Origin: Candidatus Moraniibacteriota bacterium
GTDB lineage: Bacteria > Patescibacteriota > Minisyncoccia > Moranbacterales > UBA1568
Assembly (NCBI GenBank): GCA_052035095.1
Contig: JBPOHW010000014.1
Coordinates: 1-57,763, forward strand
Direction of reading: 5' to 3'
DNA: 57,763 nt
Made by a program: the position numbers and the translations under genes. The stretch's first letter is position 1. Each line of letters begins with the position of its first letter. The notes below the pieces were generated by a model. It saw only the letters and a program-made list of their open reading frames with translations, was not told where the DNA came from and did no database searches. This document shows, piece by piece, positions 20,203 to 31,309 of the stretch.

Positions 20203-22692
20203 TCAAACGACGAAGTTCACCAATCGATCCGGAACAAATATCACCTTCCGAACTACTGCATTAGCAAGGTACTTCTTCACCGACTCTTCTTCCTGCGCCA
20301 TTCGCTCAACATCTTCTTGCGACGAACCCGCGAGCACGCGAAGCCGTGCGCGGAGCTTGCCGTTGACCTGTATCACCACTTCCGCCATTTCTTCTTTGAG
20401 AAATTTGGAATTGGCTTTGGGCCAACGTTCCAGCATAATGGATGCTTTGTTTCCTTGCAAACTCCACAATTCCTCGGCAATATGCGGCGCAAAGGGCGAA
20501 AGGAGAATGAGTAGAGTTTCAAAATCTTCTCTCGCAACCGATTCCGCCTTTTCCATTTCATTTACAAAAATCATGAGCGCCGAAATCGCCGTATTGAATC
20601 GCATCCCCTCGATATCTTCGCTTACTTTTTTAATGGTCTTATGCAAGAGGGCATTCAGCTTTCCGCTCTCAGCTTTCGGGTTTCGACCGCTGACGACTGA
20701 CTGCTGATCGCTGATTGCCGGCGCAAGCCTCCATACCTTCTCCAAAAACCGCCGCATCCCGACAACACCGTCCGTATTCCACGACACGCTCTGCGAAAAC
20801 GGTCCCAGAAACATTTCGTAGAGCCGGAGCGCGTCCGCGCCGAAGCGCCGAACCATATCGTCCGGATTCACCACATTGCCCCAGCGCTTCGACATCTTGC
20901 GTCCGTCGGACGCCATGATAAGCCCCACATGGGCAAGTCGCTTGAAGGGCTCCTTCGTCGAGACAACACTGATATCATAGAGAAACTTGTGCCAAAATCG
21001 CGCGTAGAGCAAATGCCGCGTCGCATGCTCCGCGCCACCCACATAGAGATCAACCGGCATCCATTCCTTCTCTTTCTTGGGATTAATGAGTTTTTTGGAA
21101 TTGTTTGGATCAATATACCGGAGATAATACCAGCTCGATCCCGCCCACTGCGGCATCGTATTGTTCTCGCGCCGCGCCGCGCCGCCACAGACGGGACATT
21201 TCGTCTTCACCCACTTTTCAATGCTTGCCAAAGGCGACTCCCCCGTCCCCGTCGGCTCATACGACTTCACTTCCGGCAACTTCAAGGGCAACTCCTTCTC
21301 CGGCACCGGCACCCATCCACACGATTCACATTTCATGAGCGGGATCGGTTCGCCCCAATATCTCTGCCGCGAAAACACCCAGTCCCGCAACTTGTAATTC
21401 ACTTGTTTCTTGCCGAGCTTCCTCTTCATCAACCACGCTGTCATTTTCTCCCGCGCCTCTTGGGATGAAAGCCCCGTAAATTCTCCGGAATTTACCAAAA
21501 TACCATCCTCAACAAATGCCTCCATGTTTTCCGCCTGATTCTTTATTCCTGATTCTTCATTCACCCCAACCGACTGCCGCACTGACACATCATACTTCTT
21601 CGCAAATGCAAAGTCTCGTTCATCATGCGCCGGCACTGCCATCACCGCGCCCGTCCCATAATTCCCCAGTACATAATCCGCCACATAGATTGGCACTGAT
21701 TCTCCGGTAAACGGATTCACCGCCTCGACGCCCTCCAACCTCACGCCGGTCTTTTCCCTGCTCGCATCATTTCTCTCCTGCTCCGTCTTTTTCTTCGTTG
21801 ACTCAATGTATTTCCTCACCTCCTCGGAATTGGAAATTGAAAATTGATCATTGAAAATTAACTGGTGTTCCGGCGCCACCACCACATAGGTGCACCCAAA
21901 AATCGTATCCACTCTCGTAGTGAAGACTTCGATAAAATCTTGAGAATTTTGAATTTGAGAATTATTTGGAAATTGGTTATTGGAAATTGGAAATTTTATC
22001 AATGTTCCCTCCGATCGCCCGATCCAATTCCGCTGTTGTTCCTTGATAGACTCACTCCAGTCGAGTTGCTCCGCATCGAGATCATGGAGCAATCGATCGG
22101 CATAGGCGGTCATCCGGATCACCCACTGGCGGAGAGGTTTCTTCTCGATTTCGCTTCCGCACACTTCGCATTTTCCATCCTCTAAGTCTTCGTTGGCAAG
22201 ACCCGTCTGACATGTGGGGCACCAATTGATCGGTTCCTCGGATTCATACACCAGTCCCTTTTTGAAAAGCTGCAAAAATATCCATTGTGTCCATCGATAA
22301 TATTCGGGATCAGTCGTATTAATCTCACGATCCCAGTCGTAGGTAAAACCAAGATTTGAAAGTTGTTTCTTGAAGTTGGCAATATTTTTTCGGACAGAGA
22401 TTCTCGGGTGTGTCTTGCTCTTTATTGCAAAGCGTTCAGCCGGAAGACCAAAAGCATCCCATCCCATCGGGTGAAGCACACTATATCCTTCGAGTTGTTT
22501 CTTCCGCGCCACGACATCGGTTGCGATATAGCCCTTGGGATGCCCCACATGAAGCCCCGCCCCCGACGGGTATGGAAACATATCGAGCGCATAAAACTTT
22601 TTCGCCCGATCATACTGCTTATAGATTTTCTTCGTCTCCCACTCCTTCTGCCACTTCGGCTCTATTTTCTTCGGATCGTATTTCGCATGCAT
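20203..22692 (-). CDS. leuS: Leucine--tRNA ligase
   Basis: Motifs MFPYPSGAGLHVGH, GWDAFGLPAE, EVFTTRVDT, KMSKR and VIQVNGKLR. Confidence 0.98.
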   Translation of the reverse strand: MHAKYDPKKIEPKWQKEWETKKIYKQYDRAKKFYALDMFPYPSGAGLHVGHPKGYIATDVVARKKQLEGYSVLHPMGWDAFGLPAERFAIKSKTHPRISVRKNIANFKKQLSNLGFTYDWDREINTTDPEYYRWTQWIFLQLFKKGLVYESEEPINWCPTCQTGLANEDLEDGKCEVCGSEIEKKPLRQWVIRMTAYADRLLHDLDAEQLDWSESIKEQQRNWIGRSEGTLIKFPISNNQFPNNSQIQNSQDFIEVFTTRVDTIFGCTYVVVAPEHQLIFNDQFSISNSEEVRKYIESTKKKTEQERNDASREKTGVRLEGVEAVNPFTGESVPIYVADYVLGNYGTGAVMAVPAHDERDFAFAKKYDVSVRQSVGVNEESGIKNQAENMEAFVEDGILVNSGEFTGLSSQEAREKMTAWLMKRKLGKKQVNYKLRDWVFSRQRYWGEPIPLMKCESCGWVPVPEKELPLKLPEVKSYEPTGTGESPLASIEKWVKTKCPVCGGAARRENNTMPQWAGSSWYYLRYIDPNNSKKLINPKKEKEWMPVDLYVGGAEHATRHLLYARFWHKFLYDISVVSTKEPFKRLAHVGLIMASDGRKMSKRWGNVVNPDDMVRRFGADALRLYEMFLGPFSQSVSWNTDGVVGMRRFLEKVWRLAPAISDQQSVVSGRNPKAESGKLNALLHKTIKKVSEDIEGMRFNTAISALMIFVNEMEKAESVAREDFETLLILLSPFAPHIAEELWSLQGNKASIMLERWPKANSKFLKEEMAEVVIQVNGKLRARLRVLAGSSQEDVERMAQEEESVKKYLANAVVRKVIFVPDRLVNFVV

Positions 22693-22842
22693 ACTCCATC
22701 AATTGAAAATTGAATCTTGATCATTGAAAATTTCTCTCTCCATCCTATCGCTTCAGAGAAAACTTTTCAATGTTGACAAAAAAAGAGAGACCATTGGCAG
22801 CTGGTCCCTCAAAAAGCTTTCCATTAACATTCGTACCTTTTT

Positions 22843-23085
22843 TCAAGTCAAAATAACCGGAAGAGGTGAGGGCGCATTTTCTGCGTTACGACTCCTCTCG
22901 GGCGCATACCATTTTTGAATACACGCATTCGAACAAAGGGCGGCCGGATAACCACATATAATCACGTTGACATAAGGGCCTTTAAAAAATCGGTTACACT
23001 GGGCACAGTGCATCCTATTTTCTCCGGAATCAAAAACCGACTGAATATCTACCGCAAACACATCTACACCCTCCATGAAAAACAA
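22843..23085 (-). CDS. Small zinc-finger-like protein (CxxC...CSxxC)
   Basis: HCAQC...LCSNAC motif. Start position is uncertain. Confidence 0.4.
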   Translation of the reverse strand: MFFMEGVDVFAVDIQSVFDSGENRMHCAQCNRFFKGPYVNVIICGYPAALCSNACIQKWYAPERSRNAENAPSPLPVILT

Positions 23086-23179
23086 CTACCCTCCTTCTAC
23101 TCCCAAAACAAGCAAAAGTCAAAAGTTTCGCAAAATAAAACGAGGTTGTGTTCCTACGGAAACACAACCCCTTGCAAAC

Positions 23180-23545
23180 CTATATTCCAAAAAGCTTGCC
23201 GAAAGCTTCTATCATCCTTTCGGCATCCTCCTGCCCATCGGGAAGCAAGAAGCAGCCCGGAAGCGTAAAGCCAAAAGCGTTGTCCGGATCTCCTGTGGCA
23301 ATACTGCAAGCTTTTTGAAAAGCTCCAGCTCCCTCAAGAATAATGCCAATAGCATCTTTCCCTACAAAACTATCCATGGAACCGTCAGGAAAAAGCGTCT
23401 TTGCCAGCTCGCGACTCACGCGAACTCTCCGCGCGAGCAACAAGCCAACTCCGCGTCCTTCGCAACCCGCAATGAAACGCCCAGCCGAAAGTGTCTCTCC
23501 CGCCTCTCCCGCGACGGCAAGAACAAATACCCACTCTTTTTCCAT
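23180..23545 (-). CDS. Degenerate nucleoside diphosphate kinase-like protein
   Basis: Colinear by-eye similarity to NDK over its length. The catalytic His is absent. Confidence 0.6.
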   Translation of the reverse strand: MEKEWVFVLAVAGEAGETLSAGRFIAGCEGRGVGLLLARRVRVSRELAKTLFPDGSMDSFVGKDAIGIILEGAGAFQKACSIATGDPDNAFGFTLPGCFLLPDGQEDAERMIEAFGKLFGI

Positions 23546-23716
23546 ATCATCTCTCTTCGTTTTTGGTTGTTTGAAAGAACCGCAAAAGTGCACCGAACAG
23601 GAAAAATATCATAAAAATTAATTTCCGTCAATATTCACAAAAAAAGACCCGTATTAGGGGTCTTCTCCTTACCGCACGCAAATGAATACTCTTTGCGTCA
23701 ATATGTTTGCCACTCA

Positions 23717-24811
23717 CTACTGACCGCCAACCATCTTCCGATATACCTTCCGACCAACGAGAAACAATGCCCAAAGCCCGAAAAGATACAGCGCAAGGAA
23801 CGGCAGTACCGAGACGACGAAATAGATAACGCCATCAACAAATCCCTGAAATTTCACCAAGAGATGATTCAGCGCGTTCTTTACCGTCTGCCATGGTCGC
23901 CACGTATTGGTCACGGCGCCCACTTTGGCATCCTCCGTGAGGTACACGGAAATTTCCGCCATATCGGTCTGCGATTCCATATACTTCTTTTGCGTTTCAA
24001 GCTGTTCTATTTCACCGCGAACCCGCGCGAGCTCGCGCGTCACTTCGAGGACGTCTGATACTTTGCCGGGATTCGTGTTCAAAATTTTGGTAAACGCCGC
24101 TTCTTCGGCGTATTTGTTCTTAATTTGCGCCTCGAGATCGGCGAATTGCGCCGTCACATCGCTCGCCGACGACGACTCATTCACGACGACCGTGGCGATT
24201 CCCTTGATCGCCGACACCGCCTCGGCAAACTTCGACGAAGGCACCCGTAGTATCACCGTTCCGCTCTGTATCGTGTTCCCGCCCACTTCCTTCGCGCCCC
24301 CCAAAGGAGCATCATCCTCCGCCCCGCCCCGCATCATCGGCACAGGATAGGGATATACTTCTTGCCCGTTCATCATCCGAGACGAAGTAAATCCGCCAAG
24401 TCGCGTCGCGATGCGGTCAATCTCATCCGCCGACCATTCGGCGTCTTCAACACGAAGGGAGAGATTGCCATTTCGTATCACTCGTTTCTCCATACCGGTC
24501 GGCGGAATTCCGGAAGCGTCCGGCGCGATTTCCGAAAACATCATTTCCTTCCCTATCTCTGCCGGCATCGGCTCGGCGCCGGAAGGAGGCGAGACGGCAA
24601 CACCCTGATCCGCCAAGTCCGCGCTCACCCATCCGCCCATCCGCGACGAAATACCTTCATCGGTTCCCAGTGTTGACTGATTCTTGTATTTTCTCACCAT
24701 ATCGCGATCACCTCTCTCGCCGAAAAACACAAAAAACACCGCGACCGCAAGCACTCCGGCGGACGCATACAACACCCATTTACTTATCTTGACCAACAAT
24801 TCTTGATTCAT
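23717..24811 (-). CDS. DUF4349 domain membrane protein
   Basis: Motifs RVIRNGNLSLRVED, LRVPSSKF and DVTAQFADLEAQ, with N- and C-terminal TM helices. Confidence 0.88.
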   Translation of the reverse strand: MNQELLVKISKWVLYASAGVLAVAVFFVFFGERGDRDMVRKYKNQSTLGTDEGISSRMGGWVSADLADQGVAVSPPSGAEPMPAEIGKEMMFSEIAPDASGIPPTGMEKRVIRNGNLSLRVEDAEWSADEIDRIATRLGGFTSSRMMNGQEVYPYPVPMMRGGAEDDAPLGGAKEVGGNTIQSGTVILRVPSSKFAEAVSAIKGIATVVVNESSSASDVTAQFADLEAQIKNKYAEEAAFTKILNTNPGKVSDVLEVTRELARVRGEIEQLETQKKYMESQTDMAEISVYLTEDAKVGAVTNTWRPWQTVKNALNHLLVKFQGFVDGVIYFVVSVLPFLALYLFGLWALFLVGRKVYRKMVGGQ

Positions 24812-24906
24812 AGAAAAAATTTAAAAATTACACACCTTTAGTATACCACCAAAAAACCCCCAACAAAAATGCAAGAAAAAAACAAGCGTCATAGAGAGAA
24901 CAAAAA

Positions 24907-24946
24907 AATCTTTCAACTTTTCACGATCGTGAAAAGTTGAAAGATT
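24907..24946. terminator. Perfect 40-bp palindrome at the end of the atp operon
   Basis: AATCTTTCAACTTTTCACGA|TCGTGAAAAGTTGAAAGATT, followed by a T tract on the minus strand. Confidence 0.7.
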
Positions 24947-24985
24947 CAAGATGTACAGAAACAGCGTTCTGAAAAATAAGCTCAG

Positions 24986-25432
24986 CTATTCGCTCGTTTC
25001 CGGATGCGCGCCACTGCGACTGTGGTGTTTCTTGGCGACATGAAGGCGCGCCCAGGCGCGTTCCAAGGCGGCGACCGCGAGCGCTTGTTCTTCGGCGGAG
25101 ACGTCGAGCTTCTTCTCGCGAATTTCCCGCGCGCGCGCTTCGGCCGCCCTCGCGCGTTCGGGGTCGATTTCGTCGGCGCGCTCCGCCGCGTCCGCGAGAA
25201 TCGAGATTGTATTGTCGTGAAATTCGACGAAGCCACCCGAAACAACGAAACTCCGCGTCTCGCCCTTGGCATTCTTGGTAAGAATCTCGCCGGGTTTCAG
25301 CGTTGCAATGTACGGAATATGATCCGGCAGTATCGTCACCTCCCCCGCCTCGGTCGGGAGCGTCGCCTGCATCACTTCTTCCTCAAGGAGCTTGCGTTCC
25401 GGCGTCACGAGTGAAAATTTTATAGGCTTCAT
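24986..25432 (-). CDS. atpC: ATP synthase epsilon
   Basis: Motifs LVTPER, GEVTILPDH and VSGGFVEF. Confidence 0.96.
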   Translation of the reverse strand: MKPIKFSLVTPERKLLEEEVMQATLPTEAGEVTILPDHIPYIATLKPGEILTKNAKGETRSFVVSGGFVEFHDNTISILADAAERADEIDPERARAAEARAREIREKKLDVSAEEQALAVAALERAWARLHVAKKHHSRSGAHPETSE

Positions 25433-25446
25433 ACTTTTCAGAGAAA

Positions 25447-26880
<1,434 letters not shown>

Positions 26881-27024
26881 CTAATCCTCAAAACAACCAG
26901 TCGAAACTTCAGAAGCGCTTCCTGAAATCCCGAATGATGGTTTTGAGACCAAACAAAAACTCCCTCATCCCTGACTCTCCACTGTAAGTTGTTTATTGTT
27001 CGTTGTTTGTCAGAAGTTACATCG

Positions 27025-27942
27025 CTACGTCACCGCCGCCATCCCTGCCGACAATTCCGCAATCTCTTGCGTCACTTTCGCCTGGCGGAGTTGATTGTAG
27101 AGAAGCGTGAAACTGTCAGTCATATCTTTCGCGGCATCGGTCGCGCTGTGCATCGCGACCATACGCGCGGCTTCTTGGGAGGCATTCGATTCGAGAATGG
27201 CGTGAAGAAGTTGCGTCTCGACGAGACGGAAGAGAAGCATTCGCAAAACTCCTTCTGGCGCCGGCTCTATGCAATATTCCGCGGAAAGTATCTGCTTCGA
27301 TTCGGCAGCGTCGTTTCCATCTCCCATTTCGGCAAGTTGCTCTTCGGCATCGTGTTCGAAGAACGGGAGAATTTGGTGGACGCGCGGCTTCTGCGCGAGC
27401 GCCGACACAAAGTCCGTGTAGGCGAGGGAAATATGATCCCACCGCCCCGCCTCAAATCCATCGAAGAGAAACTTCGCAATCGAACGGATTTCAGAGGCGG
27501 ACGGATTAGCGATCGCTTCCGGAAACGACGCAACGATGTCGCCTTTCAAAAACCGCAGTCCCGAATCGCCTTTCTTTCCAAGAGAAACAAATTCGAGCGC
27601 GACATCCGGATGTTCCGCGCGCAACACTTCGATATCCGTGCGAAGCCGCCGAAACATCTGTGTATTGAACGACCCGCAGAGTCCGCGGTTCGATGTCACA
27701 ACGACAAAAAGTTGCTTGGCACGCGGTCGCTCCGCAAAAAGTGGCAATTTCTCCCGCACATCCCGCGCGGAAGACACCGCGCGGAGCACATTCCACGTGC
27801 TCTTCGCGTAGGGGCGAAGAGCGAGGACGCCCGCGGCGGCTTTGCGCATTTTGACCGACGAAATCATCTCCATCGCGCGCGTGATTTTCCCCGTATTCTT
27901 CACGCTCTTGATCCGCCGCCGAATTTCACGAGTTCCAGGCAT
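27025..27942 (-). CDS. atpG: ATP synthase gamma
   Basis: Motifs KITRAMEMIS, NRGLCGSFN and NQLRQAKVTQEI. Start at 27942. Confidence 0.97.
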   Translation of the reverse strand: MPGTREIRRRIKSVKNTGKITRAMEMISSVKMRKAAAGVLALRPYAKSTWNVLRAVSSARDVREKLPLFAERPRAKQLFVVVTSNRGLCGSFNTQMFRRLRTDIEVLRAEHPDVALEFVSLGKKGDSGLRFLKGDIVASFPEAIANPSASEIRSIAKFLFDGFEAGRWDHISLAYTDFVSALAQKPRVHQILPFFEHDAEEQLAEMGDGNDAAESKQILSAEYCIEPAPEGVLRMLLFRLVETQLLHAILESNASQEAARMVAMHSATDAAKDMTDSFTLLYNQLRQAKVTQEIAELSAGMAAVT

Positions 27943-28060
27943 ACCGTAAAAATTCCAAATGACAAACTCCAAATTCCAAATAAATTTCAAATCTTCAATC
28001 CCCGTCAGAGTCTCTCAAAGAGGACTCTGACGATTAAAGGTAGCTACCTTCCAATTCCCA

Positions 28061-28462
28061 TCAAAGTCCCCTCGGGGACTCTGACGAGGATGGTTCGCTT
28101 TTTCTCTTTTTGAATCCTAGTTCAAGCTGCTTTGGAAATTCTTCTCCCTTTTTATATCTATCAGCAACACTTATTGCAATTGCATAAACTATAAACAATC
28201 CCATTCCAGGAGCAAACAAGAGAATTCCAATAGCCCATCCATACTTCTTACCCATTGCCCTCCAAAGATCATTCAGATATTTCACCCATAGAATCAAAAC
28301 AACGATTATAAACAAGTTAAGAAGAGAGGGTATATATTCCGGAACAATAATCCACTTTGACTCTATTGCTATGCCAAAAATATTTAACAGTAGATTTACT
28401 GTAAGCAAACTACTAAAAATAGCTACATAGTTTTTCTTACCTTTCTCTCGTTGAATTTCCAT
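28061..28462 (-). CDS. AT-rich hypothetical membrane protein between atpA and atpG
   Basis: 133-aa ORF with about three TM segments and visibly lower GC than its neighbours. Confidence 0.75.
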   Translation of the reverse strand: MEIQREKGKKNYVAIFSSLLTVNLLLNIFGIAIESKWIIVPEYIPSLLNLFIIVVLILWVKYLNDLWRAMGKKYGWAIGILLFAPGMGLFIVYAIAISVADRYKKGEEFPKQLELGFKKRKSEPSSSESPRGL

Positions 28463-28478
28463 ATTTTTTTCTTAATTT

Positions 28479-29981
28479 TTACACCGCAAAACTTTTCTTA
28501 AACGTCTCAATATGTTTCTTGAGCATTGCTTCCACCTCCTCATCAATTGTCTTCTTGTTCCGGAGCATTGAGACAAAATCTTCACCGTTCGTATCGATGT
28601 ATTCGAGGAACTTTTCTTCCCACTCGCCGATTTTTTCGACCGCCACATCATCAAGATGTCCGCGCGTAAGCGCATACAAAACAGCGACTTCTTTCTCGAC
28701 CGAGAGCGGCGCGTATTGTTTTTGTTTCAACACTTCCACTCCGCGCTTCCCCCGTTCGATCTGCTCGCGCGTCTTCTCGTCGAGGTCGGACCCGAACTGC
28801 GCGAAAGCTTCGAGCTCGCGGAATTGCGCAAGGTCGAGACGGAGTGTCCCGGCAACCTGCTTCATCGCTTTAATCTGCGCCGAGCTTCCCACGCGCGAGA
28901 CCGAGAGTCCCACATTGAGCGCCGGTCGAATTCCCTTGTAGAACAAATCCGACTCGAGATAAATCTGCCCGTCGGTGATGGAAATCACATTGGTCGGAAT
29001 ATACGCCGACACATCGCCGGCTTGGGTTTCAATAATGGGGAGTGCTGTGAGCGATCCGCCACCCAATTCTTTGGAGAGCTTGGCGCTTCGCTCCAAAAGT
29101 CGCGAGTGAAGGTAGAACACGTCGCCCGGATAGGCCTCGCGTCCCGGCGGTCGGCGAAGAATGAGCGAGATTTGCCGATACGCCGCGGCGTGTTTGGAGA
29201 GATCGTCATACACAACCAGAACATCTTTCCCTTCTTCCATAAAGTGCTCCCCCATCGCGCACCCCGCATAGGGTGCGAGGAAGGAGAGCGCCGCCGGATC
29301 CGAAGCGCCTGCCACCACGACGGTTGTATACGCCAAGGCGCCGCCCTTCTCGAGCTCGGAGACGATACGCGCAATCTTCGATTCCTTCTGTCCGATCGCG
29401 ACATAGAAACAAATGACATTCTGTCCTTTTTGATTAAGAATCGTATCGATCGCTACCGCGGTCTTCCCTGTCTGGCGATCGCCGATAATGAGTTCGCGCT
29501 GTCCGCGACCGATCGGAATGAGCGCGTCAATCGCTTTGATGCCGGTCTGCAAAGGCTGTTTGACCGACTCGCGCGTCATCACCCCGGGCGCCACGCGCTC
29601 AATCGGTCGGAATGTTTCCGCTTTGATCTCGCCCTTGCCGTCAATCGGCACCCCGAGCGTATTCACCACACGCCCGATCACGTTCTTTCCCGCCGGAACC
29701 GAGAGGATTTTTCCCGTCGCTTTGACCGCACTCCCCTCCTTGAGATCACCAGCTTCACCCAAGAGAATGATTCCCACCATATCTTCTTCGAGGTTGAGCG
29801 CGACCCCCATCACGCCGTTTTCAAATTCCACCATTTCTCCCGCCGCTACATTCGCCAAACCCGAAACGCGCGCAACTCCGTCACCCACTTCGAGCACGGC
29901 GCCGGTCTCTTCGTGCTTCGTCGTTCCTTGAAATTGTTCGATCCGCTTGCGGATTTCCTCCACGATTAAATTTTGGGTCAT
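28479..29981 (-). CDS. atpA: ATP synthase alpha
   Basis: Motifs [20 protein letters not shown] and VSRVGSSAQ. Confidence 0.98.
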   Translation of the reverse strand: MTQNLIVEEIRKRIEQFQGTTKHEETGAVLEVGDGVARVSGLANVAAGEMVEFENGVMGVALNLEEDMVGIILLGEAGDLKEGSAVKATGKILSVPAGKNVIGRVVNTLGVPIDGKGEIKAETFRPIERVAPGVMTRESVKQPLQTGIKAIDALIPIGRGQRELIIGDRQTGKTAVAIDTILNQKGQNVICFYVAIGQKESKIARIVSELEKGGALAYTTVVVAGASDPAALSFLAPYAGCAMGEHFMEEGKDVLVVYDDLSKHAAAYRQISLILRRPPGREAYPGDVFYLHSRLLERSAKLSKELGGGSLTALPIIETQAGDVSAYIPTNVISITDGQIYLESDLFYKGIRPALNVGLSVSRVGSSAQIKAMKQVAGTLRLDLAQFRELEAFAQFGSDLDEKTREQIERGKRGVEVLKQKQYAPLSVEKEVAVLYALTRGHLDDVAVEKIGEWEEKFLEYIDTNGEDFVSMLRNKKTIDEEVEAMLKKHIETFKKSFAV

Positions 29982-30385
29982 AGGCTCTTCTCAAGAAATT
30001 GCTTAAGCTGTCGGAGGCGTCCGCCGATACTCGCGTCAAATGTCTCGTTTTCCGTTTGAAACTTCGCGCCCCCCAAAAGTCCCGATCGTATTTTTTGTTG
30101 AAAAAGAATTTTCTCTTCTCCGAAAATCTTCTTCCCCTCTCGCTCTATCGCGTGAAGCGATGCTTCCGAAAGCGTCTTCGAAGAAACAATCTCCACTCGT
30201 TTTGCTCCCGCTTCGCGCTCGGCGATTCGCTCGATACGACGGAAAACAAGCGGAATATCCCGTCGCCGCCGATCGCGCGTCATAAGCTCGAGAAATCGAT
30301 CGATAAGCGCGGGGCGATTCAAAGCCTCGGCATTCTTCACCGATTCATACAACCCCTCCGCGTACTGTCGTGCTGTGATACGCAT
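29978..30385 (-). CDS. atpH: ATP synthase delta
   Basis: [10 protein letters not shown]-terminus and LLGGA...DASI...L. Operon position fits. Confidence 0.88.
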   Translation of the reverse strand: MRITARQYAEGLYESVKNAEALNRPALIDRFLELMTRDRRRRDIPLVFRRIERIAEREAGAKRVEIVSSKTLSEASLHAIEREGKKIFGEEKILFQQKIRSGLLGGAKFQTENETFDASIGGRLRQLKQFLEKSL

Positions 30386-30388
30386 AAA

Positions 30389-30880
30389 TCAAAGTTTCCC
30401 CACCGCCTCGCGAACCAACGCTTCATCCTTCACGTCTTTCATTTTTTCGCCGAGGACTTTCTCGGTCGCGAGGAGGACGAGTCCGGCGAGCTCTTGCTTC
30501 ATTTCGGTTCGGAGGCTCTCGCGCTCGTTCTCTATTTTCTTCCGCGCTTCGGTCAGAATGCGCGTCGCCTCCTCGCGAGATTCGGCTATGATTTTTTCGC
30601 TCATCTTTTCCGCCGACTCCTTGGCGCGCGCGACGATCGCGCCGGATTCTTTTTTCGCCGCTTCGAGCACCTCTCGCTCCTTCCGCTCCATTTCGGAGAG
30701 CTTCTCACTCGCAAGTTTCGCGTCACGCAGTCCCGCTTCTATTTTCTTCGACCGATCGTCGAGAAACTGAAGCATTGGTCGGTACGCAAACCGCCGCAAC
30801 ACCCACAGGAGAATCAAAAAGTTCACCACCTGCGCAAGGAGCAATTTCCAATCAACACCAAGTTTTGCCAAAACTTCCAT
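30389..30880 (-). CDS. atpF: ATP synthase b
   Basis: Motif LAQVVNFLILLWVL...Y.P followed by a coiled coil. Confidence 0.95.
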   Translation of the reverse strand: MEVLAKLGVDWKLLLAQVVNFLILLWVLRRFAYRPMLQFLDDRSKKIEAGLRDAKLASEKLSEMERKEREVLEAAKKESGAIVARAKESAEKMSEKIIAESREEATRILTEARKKIENERESLRTEMKQELAGLVLLATEKVLGEKMKDVKDEALVREAVGKL

Positions 30881-30882
30881 AG

Positions 30883-31155
<273 letters not shown>

Positions 31156-31185
31156 TTAAAAATATTAATTGTATACAAACACCCT

Positions 31186-31308
31186 CACGGCTTTCGTATT
31201 TGAGTACATTTCGAGGCGCAAACGAGAAGCGGAGTAAACTGTATGTAAACATACAGCGTCGAGCATCGGAGGTTGCAACGAAGAAATGTGCCAAATACGG
31301 AAGCCGTG
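31186..31308 (+). repeat. Repeat family A, copy 4
   Basis: 17-bp stem CACGGCTTTCGTATTTG/CAAATACGGAAGCCGTG with one U.G pair, plus the conserved core. It abuts the atpB stop. Confidence 0.85.
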
Positions 31309-31309
31309 C

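Noticed and set aside
20203-22692. UGA-to-Gly recoding (code 25) as in some CPR
   Set aside because: TGA ends leuS at its conserved C-terminus, and core genes are uninterrupted in code 11.
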